Positions 14,756 to 28,935 of a stretch of 64,000 nt of DNA are shown piece after piece (the first letter of the stretch is position 1; each line of letters begins with the position of its first letter). The stretch is from NCBI RefSeq assembly GCF_009914755.1, contig NC_060925.1. The stretch is one strand, 5' to 3'. The notes below the pieces were generated by a model that saw only the letters and a program-made list of their open reading frames with translations, was not told where the DNA came from and searched no databases. A program made the translations under genes and the position numbers. Source of the stretch: the human T2T-CHM13v2.0 reference genome, Homo sapiens.

Positions 14756-17700
14756 CTATACAGAAACACAATTATTAGAAAAAGTGATGTTTTATAACCT
14801 TTGGCACAGTCTGTCAGTGATGAAAAGATGAAAGGAAATTTTATATTATTTGTCATACTGGAAAGATACTTCATTGCTGGCTGAAAAAAAAAAGTTAGGG
14901 AAAAAAATGCCTCAATGCTACAGAGAGGGGCATTTACCCTCTACTTTAAATAAATTGGATTGTCTGAATATCGACTTCTTTTTCCAATAAGGCAGAGTGC
15001 TTCCCACGATGGTGTTAGACTCAGACTCCAGGAAAAGGGTAGAGAAAAGATAGGCTGGGCTCCATTTTAGGATGACTGATAGGGTGATTCATGCTACAGA
15101 AAGTCTATTGTTTGGCATAGCCAGTAGTCCAAACTGTCAAACTTTGACTTATTAGGATATTATAAATTAAACAGGGTTTTATAATAGTGGAAATGACTAT
15201 GTTAGCAGTCTTTTATTTCTTTGTAACTAAATTCAAATGAAAGATAAAAGCTGTTTGACACAAAGGCGCCATATGAATGTTGCTCCCCCTTGCAACTTAA
15301 TGTTGATCATGTTGGTATGCAGCCTAATTGGGGTGAAATAAGGTTATTGAGTTTTCTTTGGGTGACGACAGCCACTAGGAACATACAGCTGTATTGTCCA
15401 GATGTGTGGCACTGACAGCCTGTTTTATGACTGTGTTTTTTACAGCTTGTTTCCCCTAAATTTCACACAACGCTCTAACATCTGGGCCCTTTTCCTTGGA
15501 GCCCTATAACCACTTTATTTACTGCAAAAAAAATAAAATCACGTAAAATATACCATAAAAAGTTGTTATGTGTTTCTCTTTATTCATGTTGTCTCCCTAA
15601 TAAAGTTCACCTCTGCCTGAAGCATTGTCACAGAAGTAATCTAGTTGAAGTATTTTTTGACTTTTGTTTTTAAGCAAGCATCATATTTATTTATAACCTT
15701 GGGATGAATTAGGTGTTACTAAAATGTTCTGACATGTTGCTTTTCTCCCCCCTTGGAGTAATCACTCCTGGGGCGCATATGGTGTCAATTTCAGGCCCTT
15801 GGTCTCAGACAATGACTGTGCACACTGCATCTCACGGAGCTGTGTCTTGTCTGAGCTCTTGGTCAGGACTTTCCTGACCAGTCCAGTTGCTTTTGACTTG
15901 TTACTTCGCCAAGGGAAATAGCCGGAAGAAAGGGAGGTACCTATTTTCTTCTAACTGCAGAAGGCTCTATGGATTACCATGTGCCAAAATGTAACTGGAC
16001 CTCATAGAGATCACATTGGGGTTCCCGCATTGCATCACAGAAGGGGAAGGCCAGAGAAAGGATTCCTTTAAAGCTGCCTTTTCTAAAAACCAAAGGAACT
16101 AACCAAGTGTCAGAAATCTTTGCAAGTCAGAAATCCCTGCAAGGACTCTAGGAAATACAGTGCTTTGCTTTTTATGGCAGTTCTGCTCCTGCTAACACAA
16201 TTTAGGGAAAGAGACATGATGGCTGTGATTTTTGGGAGCAGAAAAACATAGCAGTACACCTGCAGAACCTCACCATTTAATGATGACCAGATCCCACGTG
16301 GAAGGGGATCCTAAGGGGATGGAGGTCAGGCGTTTACTGTAAAGTGAAAGCTGTCTGACTGGGTCCAACCCCAAGAGTAGATGTCAATATTTGGTTTGCA
16401 TTTTTCAATGCCAGCTAAATACTGTGCTGACAATCAGGCTCTGTGACATCTGATTCAAAACATTCAAATGTGGGTTTTTAAAGGTCATGGCAGTCTAGTG
16501 TTTCCCTCTAATACAAAGATAATGACAGCGCTGAAGGGAAGTCAACACTGAAAAGTGTTACCCCAGAGTGGTTGTGGAGTCTCTTTTCCTGACGACCTGT
16601 GAAAACAGGATATTCACCTATGTCTGGGGGGTTTGGGTGAAGCCTGCCTGGTGTCATGGCAATGGATGGGATGTCTCTGGAGGTGATTTCTCTAGGAGTC
16701 TATGAATGTTACCTCACTGTATTAAAATGTATTCAAAGCATAACAAAACATCCTGAGAGAAAAGTATTTTGCAGGTCATAATAGTTATTACTGGTTTGTC
16801 TAAAACTATCTGTGGGGTGTGGTTTCAAACAAAAATCTGGCACAGCATCAAAGTAACAGTGAGGTCCTGCCCTGACATGGGGAGACAGGAGATGAGGGGC
16901 TTCACCAGTTTGCCAGGCACACATGCTCTCATGACATACAGACACAGAGAGAGAGAGCAGTGGTGGACAGGCAGCCTTGAGGAGTGCCCTGGGTGGTGTC
17001 CTCCTCCCGAACTGCCCTGGGGCGGCCCACATGGAGGCAGACTTGATGCGCCACATCCTGCATAAAGGCACAGCCTGCCCCTGGCACCACTAGGAATGGC
17101 AGAGGCCAGGCATACTTGGCCTCCCCCAGGGTTGCTCTGAAAAGGCTTGACTCTCTAAATGCCACTTTCTTTCTGTGCGTCTCCCAAAGGGAATGATATT
17201 GTGAATTATTGGAATAATTAATGAAAATGAAAGTCTATGCTGAACTCAAAATCTGAGACAACATTTTCATGGTATATGGGTCATTCCCAAAAGAGGCGGA
17301 AAAAGAAAAATGTTTACAAATTAATTTCATTTCAAAATTCTTTCTTCTGATGTCCCATAATTAACAATTCTACCCTATCAGTAGCCAGTAGTTTGGTCTC
17401 AGATGAAAAACAAATCTTTCAGGAATCTGTTTGAAGGACAAGTTTTTGAGGGAAGAAAAAATTAAAGAGACAGAATTTAAAGGAAATGTACCTTTTCACA
17501 TAACATCTCCAAAGGTTTCTCCTCCCTGGCCTTAGTTGTATTAATTAAAAGAATAAATCTCCAACATTCTAGCACTGTAAAGATAATTTGCCCATCATCT
17601 ATGTCAAAATAAGTGTGCGTACCTGTGCATATGTGTGTGCACTGGGGGGTAAGCTAGCCAGGGCTATAGTTATAGGGGGGATGAGAGACATAAGAGAACA

Positions 17701-19029
17701 TGTGAGCAGCGAGCTGGCAGTGCTTGGGGAGTAATTAGGCAAAAATTTAAGCTTCCAGAACTAGTCAGAAAAATAGTCCTGAATGGGTTAAAACCTTAGT
17801 TCTCTTTAAGCCAAAATGCCAAGTAAATGTGCTTGGCGTGAATCAGGAACTCAAAAAAGCACGAGTCTTAACGGGCAAATGAGACTTATTAAAATGGAGA
17901 AAAATGTTGCCAGGCAAGGCCTGTGTCTCCTGACCTCTTCAGGTCAGCTCTCCAGGCAGAGAGGCCTGCCAGGACCGGAGAGAGGCTCTACGCTGAAAGA
18001 CCAAAGGTCACTCAGTTCCAGGAATGATTGGTGAATGAGGAAATTAAGCTTCAAAGAGTGCAGCTGAGGCAGAAGCCATGTTCATGTTGTATTGTGTGAA
18101 GATATTTAAGGGGTCTAGATGCTATTTTTCTGTTAGGGAGCTTGTAATTCTGTACACACTAAGAAATAAAAATATTTCCTTTATCATTGTCCTGGCTCAA
18201 AGAATTACATCATATTTACTATCTAATGATTTGATCCAACAAAAATATACCAAATGAGCCAAATTATTTCCTTGCCTGAGGATCAGGTCCACCTACAGAC
18301 ACCAGTGTCCTCTCTCCTTCTAAGCATTCCTCTTCTCTCTAGAACCTCCCTACATTAGTAAGCACAAGCCCAATGCTTAGAATTGCCCTAGGCGCTCTCA
18401 TGGAAACCAAATATATGCATGCATGTATGTGTGTGTGCATACATATATACATATGCACATTTATACATATATGCATATATGTGCATATATAAGATAGAGA
18501 GAGAGAGATAGAATGGACTCCCATGAAGCCTGCTGTATGATTTCCCTTGTGTGTTGACAAGAAGTCATATGAAGCAGCTTGAATCATTGCTTAACCTGCT
18601 GCATATTCAATCTCGAGTGAATTCTGAGGTTGTGTAAAGATTTGGATCTGGATTTCTCTTGCTTGGAACAGGTTATGGGAGTGAGGTGGCAGAGGAAAGG
18701 GCAAGCTGTGGTTGTGTGAAGCAGAGAGAAGAGGGGTAGTAGAAGAGAGATGGCCTGGGAGAGCACTTTCCCTCCAGGAGCTCCAAATATCCACCAGTTT
18801 CCGACTAAAAGAATCCTTTGGCTTCAGGGACTTTCTTGGAGGCCCATGGTGTTTATTGCAGTAACTGTAAAAATTCACAACATATGACTTCATATTCAAC
18901 CTATTTTGGGGAGGTGAATAACTTAGGATTGCTTTGGATATATGAAGACCTCAGCAAACAGAAGCAGAATCCATAAGCTAGAGCTTGACTCAATTTAGGC
19001 TAGCACAAGGCTGGGCAAACAGGCTTTCA

Positions 19030-19480
19030 GCACACATTCTTTTGGGTAGCTCATTTCTCTAATATATGATTGATCAAATTTACTTAAAGTAAGAGTATAA
19101 TCGTTCTTTACCACAGTAAAAAATATACACACATATATGTATATTCAAACACAAATGGGATTATACTATTCATATTAAGTGCTTTGTGGTTTGTGTTTTT
19201 ACATAAAAACACATCCAGGACAGCTTTCTGTGCTGATAAGTTTTGCTTACGTATATGGTTTTTAATAAATAGCATAGTCTTCTATTGTGTGGGTGTTTGC
19301 TCATTTATTTAACTAGCTCCCCATTGACAGACATTTAAACAATTTCAGTTTTCCTTTTTTTCTATGAAGTGCATGTGTGTTTTTGTTAGTAGCATTTTTG
19401 TTCCCACCAAAACTGTATGAAAGGGTCCGTTCCCCCACTTCCCATATAAACAATGAGTATTCTCCAACTTTTATTTGTTG
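19030..19480 (-). mobile_element. Old L1M(E)-like fragment
   Basis: aatgggattatactattcat, tctattgtgtgggt...tttatttaactagctccccattgacagacatttaa, ttcccaccaaaactgtatgaaagggtcc. Confidence 0.6.
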
Positions 19481-19485
19481 ATATT

Positions 19486-19700
19486 AGTGCTAATAGTTTT
19501 TCTGTGATGATGAAAATATTCTTTATCTGTAGTGTACAATATGGTAGCCACTAAACCACATGTGACTATTGAGTACTTTAATATTGCTAGTGAGATTAAA
19601 AAAAAAACAAATTTTTAATTTTGTTTTTAATTGATTAAAATTAAAATTAAAGTGTAAATAGCCACAAGTGGCTAGTGGCTACTGTTTTGGTCAGAGAAGG
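19486..19700. mobile_element. MER3-like hAT-Charlie MITE
   Basis: tctgtgatgatgaaaatattctttatctg...aatatggtagccact...aaatagccacaagtggctagtggctactgttttgg. Confidence 0.75.
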
Positions 19701-20692
19701 TCTATATGATAGGGAAAAGTGAAATATAGTATTTCATTTAAAATAATATTCATTTAATCATCCTATCACTCTATCCCTCTTATTTTATGCCCAAACTGAA
19801 AGGAATGATACCTTTTCAGCACCATCCTTGGCAAATTTTATTAATGCAGGAGATGCTTACATACATGTATTGAATAACAATGGCGTACTCAGATTTATAC
19901 AGTGCTAAAGGTGAGGAGTAAGGAAAATCTATGGCTTCCAAGCTAAGATATTGCTTGTGGCCACACAAGAAACTTGTCTTTGTTTGGATTTAGATAAACA
20001 GGGCTGGTATGGGGCAAGAATAGGAAGAATACAGAATTTGCTTCTGGCTCCTTTCTGTTACCTTTTAAAATCCCTCTGTTACACCCCTCCCACTTCTAGC
20101 TACCAGATACCTTTTTGCTTACTAAATCCTTCCTGCCATGAAAATAGAAAATATTTAACTTGGTAGCTCACTTTGAATAAAGTTTATTTATACCAGTGGT
20201 TTAGCTATATTTTGAGATTTTTATTTATTATAGAATGAAAGGAACTAGTGGCTGATGAAGTATTTTCGAGCAATAAGTAACAGGTGTGGCAGTTTAGAAT
20301 TTAGGGGTAAGAGGTAATCTGGAAATTTGAAATGCCTGTCTGGCTCTGGGTAAACATAGTTTTGGCATTTGTGGTGCTTATAGGCCAGGGGTGAGAGCAG
20401 CACCCCTGGGCTTCCCTGCCTGGAGTTGCTGTTACATTCTAGGACTAGCTTATTCAGGGGAAAGGCTCTGAAGGGAAAATGGAACTTCCCCTCCAGCCAG
20501 GGTCAGAGGAGGATAAGCATCAGAGAGGGTGGGTGGAGGGCTGGAGCCAAACAAAGGGGAGGCAGCAATTCTGTATTGCGGGAGAGGAGTAAAGGCAAAA
20601 GAAATCTGCTCTGGCAAGTAAGATCTGGGACCTATCTATGCGTGCCTGTATAGGTGTGTGGGCATGTGGTGTGTGACTTTAGTGATATATAT

Positions 20693-21028
20693 CAGGGGGT
20701 CCCATCCCCTGGTTAGGGCCAGTTCCTAATCTGTCCATGGCCTGTTAGGAACTGGGCCACATGGCAGGAGGTGAGTGGCAGGTGAGGGAGCATTACTGCC
20801 CGAGCTCTGCCTCCTGTCAGATCAGTGGTGATATTAGATTCTCATAGGAGTGTGGACCCTATTGTGAACTGTGTGTGAGGGATCTAGTTGTGTGCTCCTT
20901 ATGAGAATCTAATGTCTGATGATCTGAAGTGGAGCAGTTTCATCATGAAATCATCCTGCTCCCCACTCTGTGAAAAAATTGTCTTCCACAAAACCAGCCC
21001 CTGGTGCCAAAAAGGTTGGGGATCACTG
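20693..21028. mobile_element. MER1B-like hAT-Charlie element
   Basis: Termini cagggggtccc / ggttggggatcactg. Internal ctccgcctcctgtcagatcag-like motif, attagattctcataggag and ccttatgagaatctaatg. Confidence 0.88.
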
Positions 21029-21452
21029 GTGTACATGAGTGCATGTCCATGTGTGCACAAAAGATGTGTGTTTGCACAGCTGCCTTTGATGTTTATTCAG
21101 ATTATTAAAATATACTCAATATCTAAAAACACTGTCAAAACTGATTTGCACATATTGAAGAGCTGATAAAAAGAGAAAAACATTATGAATATTTTTTATT
21201 GGCATTTTAAAAAGAATACTGATGACTATTTACCATTTCTATCTAATTATCCTGCAGCATACAAGGGGCTATGTTTATTATTAAATATGTCATATTAAAT
21301 ACATGCAATTTATTCATCATAGTAAGCTATGTTGCCATATATTCTATCTTTAAAGTTTATTGCTTAGGTAGCATGATATACATTCTGCTTTTATCTTACA
21401 TCTTGTTATATTTGCTTATATCATTAGAAAGTCAGAGGAACTATTGCCCCAA

Positions 21453-21493
21453 TGTGTGTCTGTGTGTCTGTGTGTGTGTGTGTGTGTGTGTGT
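21453..21493. repeat. (TG)n microsatellite, interrupted
   Basis: tgtgtgtctgtgtgtctgtg(tg)n. Confidence 0.9.
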
Positions 21494-21734
21494 TTACAGA
21501 ATTTTCTGTTTAGAGTGAAAGGCTGTTTAGATGGGCCCGATTCTGCACATTTGATGAAAATGATGGAAGAGCAGATAATTTGCAAATGATTGAAAAGGGC
21601 CACTTGTATTGAGATGTTCTCACATAAGATTCCAATGGGGAACTTTAGCTCCTTTGGTACAAGATATGATTAATCAGTTGCGGAAGCCATAACTACATAT
21701 GTGCAACTTAATGCAAAAGTACAGGCTCTATTTG

Positions 21735-22130
21735 CATTCCAGTCTTCCCACGTAACACTGCAGAGCCTCAGGCAAGTTACTTAACCCTTTTAAACCTCAT
21801 CCTTTTAACATCTACAATGGTGGCACTATTGACATTTTGAGCCAGGTAATTACCATAGGAGGTTTTTCTGTGAGTTGTAGGATATTTAGCGAATCCCTGT
21901 ATTCCACCGAGCTGTGACAATCAAAGGGATCTGCAGACATTGCCAAATGTTCCCTTGGGGGCAAAGTTGTCCCAACTGAGAACAGAAAGAACTACAGAAA
22001 GAGAATATGAGTAGTGCTGACTTCATAATTCAGTACCCAGAATTAAATGAGATGACCCATGTAAATACTTTGCATGGTGAATGACATATGCATGATAAAT
22101 GTTCACTAAAGTCAGTACTTATGGTTATTC
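21735..22130 (+). mobile_element. MIR interrupted by a MER20-like hAT element (about 21818-21984)
   Basis: MIR halves ggcaagttacttaacc / aattaaatgagatga flank ggcactattgacattttg...cagacattgccaaatgttcccttgggggcaaa...tgagaac. Confidence 0.75.
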
Positions 22131-23959
22131 ATACATCCAGGACAGAGTTGGGATTCTTGAAGATTCCACAGCCCAAGTTGTGAGAGCAGAGAATGGAATG
22201 GAATGAGGAGCAACTGGGCAGTGAGACAGTGACCTGAATTTATTATCAACTGGCCATAACCTGGCTACCCCTTTTATTTAACCCTTTGTCCAATCTGAAA
22301 AGGACAAATTGAGATATCTTTAGAGAGAAGCAGAGATAAAAAGAAAAGGTGTAAAAATGTATTTTATTTTGGTGCAGTGTATAATGGGGAGGATGTAGAG
22401 GAAAAAATATGCTATTAATTTCTTCTCAAATGTGAGATGGAGGAATTCCATCAATAGTGTTCTGTAATTTTACAGCCTCCTTTCCTGTTCCCTCTGCTCC
22501 CTTCCCTCCTTCATTCTTTCTGCATTTATTTAGGGCCAACTATATTGTAGTTATTGCATTACTTGATCCTGTATGTGTCTAGTCTATCCAATTCACATTC
22601 TTTAAGTAATGAGTAATTTCCAATGAGGCATAATTGGAAAAACAGCTGAAAGGATAAGGGTAGCAGTGAGAGGGGGCTATGGAGAGAAACAGAAAAAAAG
22701 AGAAGAAAAAGAACAGGAATGACTGAAACATATTTTCTCACTTTGAGAAGAGGAAAAGAAAATAAGCAATATTAAACTGTCTATACATAAATTTAAAGGT
22801 GACTGAAGATATAGGTTCCATATAGATCATACTGTCTGTCTAACGCAAATGGAACGTTATGAAAGTGCTCAGACCACAGCTTGGTGAGAAATTCATAATG
22901 ATGATAAATATCTGTAGCAGGTGACTCCTAGATCATTTTCAGCTGTCCATAATTAAACTGGTATCCATCTCTCGACAATGTCAGGGCTGTAAAATAATTC
23001 CAGTCATTGGACCCCTTACATCTGTGCTGAAATGAAATAATATTTGGCAGTAACAAGGAGTCACTGAAACTAAATAAACAACCCCTTTCAAGACTACATA
23101 AAAGTTGGTAACATAATAACATTTGACAGGGATTAAGACCTCTTTGGGGCTGTAAGGAAGTTTCAGAAGCAGCAATAACAAATACATGGAAGGTAGAACA
23201 GATCTATGCTTTAACAGACATGTATAATTTAAAATGTAATGAATTTCCTACGGGAGGTGTACATTTTGAACAACCAATATGTGCATGTCAAAAAGCACAG
23301 GACTATTTTAGAAATGTTTGCTGGAATTACTCTTCAAAGAAGGAAAAAGCAAAGCTTCCTTTTTATTAAGGAGTGTTTTTGTTTTTGTATACTTGCAAAA
23401 TGTATAAAGGCACATGAAGCTGAATGTGATAACGTATGGAAGAATGACATACCAAGTTAAGGGCTTTTCTTTAGGTGTGTATTAGCAACAAACGATTCTA
23501 CTATCATGGCAATGTTTTGTTTTGGTTTTTAGACTAAGATCTTTTCCTTAGTCTAAGATGCTCCCACCCCTCTGAAGTCATTCTTGGTCCTTGCAGTTGT
23601 AGTGACCTTCCCTTCTGAACAACCCTACAACGTTTTTTGTATATTTCCTAAGGGATTTAGCTGTCTCTTGTATTAAAATTATTTGTGCACAGGGTTTGTC
23701 TCCTCTACTAGCTTGGAAGGTTAAATCCTTTCAGATTCATCTTTTGAAATCCCCTCACAGAATCTGATGCATATATAGACAAACAGTATATTCACTCCTT
23801 AAATAAACATAAGAATGGCATCTCTAGAGCTTTTTGTTGTTTGGCTTGAAGGTAAATGTTTTTGATTGTTTATAGCTGCAATTACAAAGCTTTAGGAATA
23901 TATTTCAAGTAGTAGTAGGTGCTCAGACTGTGTAACACACAAATGGTTATGTAGCACAC

Positions 23960-24160
23960 ACCCTGTGCTGGACAAGGACCGTTCCAGGCACTTCACATAT
24001 TCCAATCCATTTAATTTTCACCTACACTTTTGAGGTGAGTATTCCTATCACCTATTTTATTAGATACAGAAACTGAGGCCTGGTGATCACACAGCCGGTA
24101 ATTAGTAGAGATGGGATTTGAACCCAGGCTATCTGGTTCCAGAATCCTGTTTCTAGTCAA
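23960..24160 (-). mobile_element. MIR
   Basis: cctattttattagatacagaaactgaggcc...gggatttgaacccaggctatctggttccagaa. Confidence 0.8.
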
Positions 24161-25491
24161 CATATTGTGTGGCCTCACAGTGGGCCTTTTCACCCCTTAG
24201 CTGGAGCTACTGGACTCCCATCTTGGGTCACGGTCCCTCTTCTCCTGGGCATGGATGTGTCCTAGTCCCTCCCCAGTCTCCATGGCCAATCCCCATCTTA
24301 GCTGCAAGAGCCTGAGAGCCTTTTAGCCCAGGTTTTTATGTTTAAATATTCTTGCTACCCTTACTAGTTTTGCTCCTACCTGATGCCTCAACTCTAAATA
24401 GCTGAGCTGTTTCTTTTTTCCTGAGACCTAGTGGGGACCTGTGACTCAGGACCCTCAGTCCTGATAGCTCCAGCTATTGCTCGTCTCCTGGCCTGAGCAC
24501 ATATCAATTTTTTAAAAAATTTGTATTATTTTTTATTGTATTCATATATATATATATATTTTTGACATATAATAATGGTAAATATTTACGGGATACAAAG
24601 TGATATTTTTACACATGTGTAGAGTGTGTAATGATTAAATCAGGGTAATTAGCATATCTATCACCTCAAACACTTATCATTTCTTTGTGTTAGGAACAAT
24701 TCAAAATCTTCTTTTTTAGCTATTTGAACTACATACAAGTTATTAGACTATATTCACCTACAGTGCTATAGAACACTAGAATTTATTCCTCCTATCTAGT
24801 GGTAATTTTGTATCCATGAACCAACCTCTCCCTTTCTTCCCCTTTTTCCTCCCCTTCCCTGACTGTAATAATTGCGACTCCACTCTTTACATCTATAAGC
24901 TCACTTTTAGCTCCACATATGAGTAAGAACATGTGGTATTTATCTGTCTGTGTCTGACTTATTTCACTTAACATTAGATTGTTCAGGCTCATCCATGTTT
25001 TTGTAAATGACAGGATTTCATTCTTTATTATGGCAGAATACTATTCCATTTTGTATAAATAACACATTTTCTTTATCCATTCATCTGTTGACAGACACAG
25101 ATTGATTCCATATCTTGGCTACTGTGAATAGTGCTGCAGTAAACAGGAGGGTACAGATATTTCTTTAATATACTGGTTTCTTTTCCTTTGGATAAATACC
25201 TAATAGGGGAATGGTGGATCATATAGTAGTTCTATTTTTAGTTTTTTTGAGAAATCTCCATACTGTTTTTCATAATGGCTGCACTAAAAACCTTTCCCAC
25301 CAACAGTCTATGAGTTCCTTTTTCTTAGCATCCTCACCAGCCTCTGTTATTTTCTGTTTTTTTTTTTTTTTTGATAATAGCCATTCTAACGGGTGAAATC
25401 ATATCTCATTATGGTTTTGATTTGTATTTCCCTGATTAGTGATGTTGAACATTTTTCATCTAGCTGTTGCCACTTACATGTTCTCTTTTGA

Positions 25492-25827
<336 letters not shown>

Positions 25828-26530
25828 TCCTTTATCCATTTTTTAATTAGATTTTCTTGCTGTTAAGTTTTTGAGTTCCTTATATATTCTGAATATTAGT
25901 CCTTTGTCAGATGAATAATTTGCAAATATTGTCTCCCATTCTATAGGTTGTCTCTTCACTCTGTTGATTGTTTCCTTCGTTGTGCAGAAGCTTCTTAGTT
26001 TGATGTAATCCCATTTATCTATTTTTACTTTATTTTTGCCTGTGCTTTTGAAGTCTTATGCATAAAAATCTTTGCTTATATCAATGTCCTAAAGTATTTC
26101 TCCAATGTTTTCTTCTACTAGTTTTATAGTTTTAGATCTTACATTTAAGTCTTTAATCCATTTTGAGTTGGTTTTTGTGTATGGTGAGAGAAAGAGGTCT
26201 ACTTTCATTCTTCTGCATATGGATATCCAGTTTCCCAGCACCATTTATTGAAGAAGTTTCCTTTCCCTATTGTATGTTCTTGGCACTTTTGTCAAAAATC
26301 AGTTGACTGTAACTATGGATTTATTTCTGGGTTCTCTATTCTGTTCCATTGGTCTGTGTATCTCTTTTAATACCAGTACCATGCTATTTTGGTGACAGTA
26401 GCTTTGGGATACATTTTGAAGTCAGGTAGTATGAAGCCTCCACTTTGTTCTTTTTGCTTAGTATCGCTTTAGAGAATTTGGGGTCTTTTGTGATTCCATA
26501 TTAATTTTAGGATTTTTTTTTCTATTTCTG

Positions 26531-26944
26531 TGTATTAGGCCTTTCTTGCACTGCCCTAAAGAAATACCTGAGGCTGGATTATTTATAAAGAGAAGAGGTT
26601 TAATTGACTGACAGTTCTGTAGGCTGTACAGGAAGTAGGGTGCTGGCATCTGCTCAGCTTCTAGGGAGGCCTCAGGAAACTCACAGTCAACTGTGGGAGT
26701 AGACACTTCACATGGTGAAGGCAGGAGCAAGATGGGAGTGTGGGGAGGTGCCACACACTTTTAAACCACCCGATCTCATGTGAACTCAGAGCAAGAGCTC
26801 ACTTATCTCTAAGGGGATAGCCCAAGCCATTCATGAGGAATTCAACCCCATGATCCAAACACCTCTCACCAGGCCCTGCCTCCAACAGTGGGGGTTATAT
26901 TTCAACATGATATTTGGGTAGGGACAAATATCTAAACTATCTCG
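26531..26944 (-). mobile_element. MaLR solo LTR (MSTA/MSTB-like), nested in L1, 5-bp TSD ttctg
   Basis: Begins tgtattagg...aagaaatacctgaggctgg...gaggtttaattg and ends ggacaaatatctaaactatctcg. ttctg lies on both sides. Confidence 0.9.
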
Positions 26945-27156
26945 TTCTGAAGAATGTCATTTGTATTTTGGTAGAGATTGCATTGAATATGTAGACTGCT
27001 TTGGGTAGTATGGTCATTTTGACAAGATTCATTCTTCCAATCCATGAACAAAGGATATCTTTTCTTTTTTGTGTGTCTTCTACAGTTCCTTTCACAGTGT
27101 TTTGTAGTATCCATTGTAATGATAGTTCATCTTCTTGGTTAAATTGATTCCTAGGT

Positions 27157-27459
<303 letters not shown>

Positions 27460-28164
27460 CTAGGCATTTTACTTTATTTTTGTGCAGCTGTTGCAAATGG
27501 GATTGCTTTTTTGATTTTTCAGCTAGTTTGTTATTGGTGTATAGAAAAGCTGATTTTTGTATGTTGATTTTATATCCACCTTTACCAAATTTATTAGTTC
27601 TAAAAGTTTTTTGTGAAGTCTTTAGGTTTTTCTATGTATAAAATCGTGTCGACTGCAAAGAGGGACAACTTGGTTTCCCATTTTCCAATTTTGATACCCT
27701 TTATTTCTTTCTTTTACTTGATTGCTCTGGCTAGGACTTCCAGTACTATGTTGAATAGAAGTGGTGAGAGTGGGCATCCTTATCTTGTTCCAGTTCTTAG
27801 AGGAAAGGCTTTCAGTATTTCCCTGCTTCGTAGAAATGACTCAGGCTGGCAGCCACCTCCATTTTCTACCTTCCTTCTCTTTAAATCTTAAATCATTTTC
27901 CTAAAAATCCTGCTTTCAGTCTGAGACTAGTGATTGAGACCCTACTAGTTACTGACTGACTCATGCTGCCTGCTTAGCTATCTGAATATGGCTGGTCCCT
28001 GAACTTCCTGCACCCCAACACTGGAGCACTAGATGTGTTAATTTAGCCTTTGGTTTGGATACCATGTTCCACTTCTCAGACTAGAGGTTGCTGATTGCTC
28101 CTCCATCATGTCACCTTCCTTCATAGGAGAATCTGACTTTTTTTCAGGCATTGCCCTCTCTCTC

Positions 28165-28570
28165 ATTCAGCTCATGTGACTCAGGGGAAACACAGCTCCA
28201 TGGGTGGGCCCCTTCACACTAAAAATAATCCTAACCCCCCTTGTCCATGATTGGTTCAAGAGGTGCATGTGATTTTGTTCAGGCCAGTAGAATGAGGCAT
28301 GGTTTTCTGGGGCTGCTTGATCTGGTTTCCTTGGTCATGACAAAGCTCTGGGAAGAGTCTTAAGGGATGAGATTGCTGCAGCCACTTTACCTTCTTCGGG
28401 AAGCTGAAGCTCCTACACAGATGAAGGAAGGGGTAAGAGCACAGCAGGGAAGTGGGCTGGAGCCCCTGAACTAAGCTGACCTTGAAGCCTGCCTGGACTT
28501 CTACGTCTGCATGCCAGTACATTTCCTAATTGTTTAAGCCAACTTTAATTTTTGTTGTTGTTAACTTAGA
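28165..28570 (+). mobile_element. Old MaLR LTR (MLT1J/K-like)
   Basis: tgattggttcaagaggtgcatgtga...ggccag, cctggacttc, ttgtttaagcca motifs. Approximate. Confidence 0.55.
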
Positions 28571-28651
28571 AGATGAACAAATTGATACTGATATGGAGAG
28601 ATTTATGCCTTCTAATTAATAGAATTTTAAAAATTAACCAGACAATACTAA

Positions 28652-28823
28652 GATGTGTTTCCCAGACTAGCAGCATCAGTATCACCTGACAATTTGTTAG
28701 AAACGTAACTCTTGGGCTCCAACGCAGACCTGCTGAATCTGAAACTCTGGGGGTAGGGCCAGCAGTGTTTGCTTTTAACAAGACCTCAGGTGATTCTGAT
28801 ATACGCTAGATTTGAGAACCATT
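28652..28823. mobile_element. MER5A hAT-Charlie MITE
   Basis: agcagcatcagtatcacctg...cagacctgctgaatctgaaactctggggg...caggtgattctgat...tttgagaaccattg. Confidence 0.88.
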
Positions 28824-28935
28824 GTTTTGTACCTGGTTTCTTATGTGGCCTTTCATAATAATGTATTTAGCCCACATATTGTCAGTTTCACCCTTGCCCT
28901 TGCTAACTCTCAGTTATGCATTTATATTTCCTTAA

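Noticed and set aside
15860-15880. 9-bp stem TGGTCAGGA-ctt-TCCTGACCA
   Set aside because: Short enough to occur by chance in 64 kb.
16733-17165. GC-richer patch with three overlapping ORFs
   Set aside because: No recognisable protein or exon boundaries. Possibly an old LTR, but I cannot assign it.
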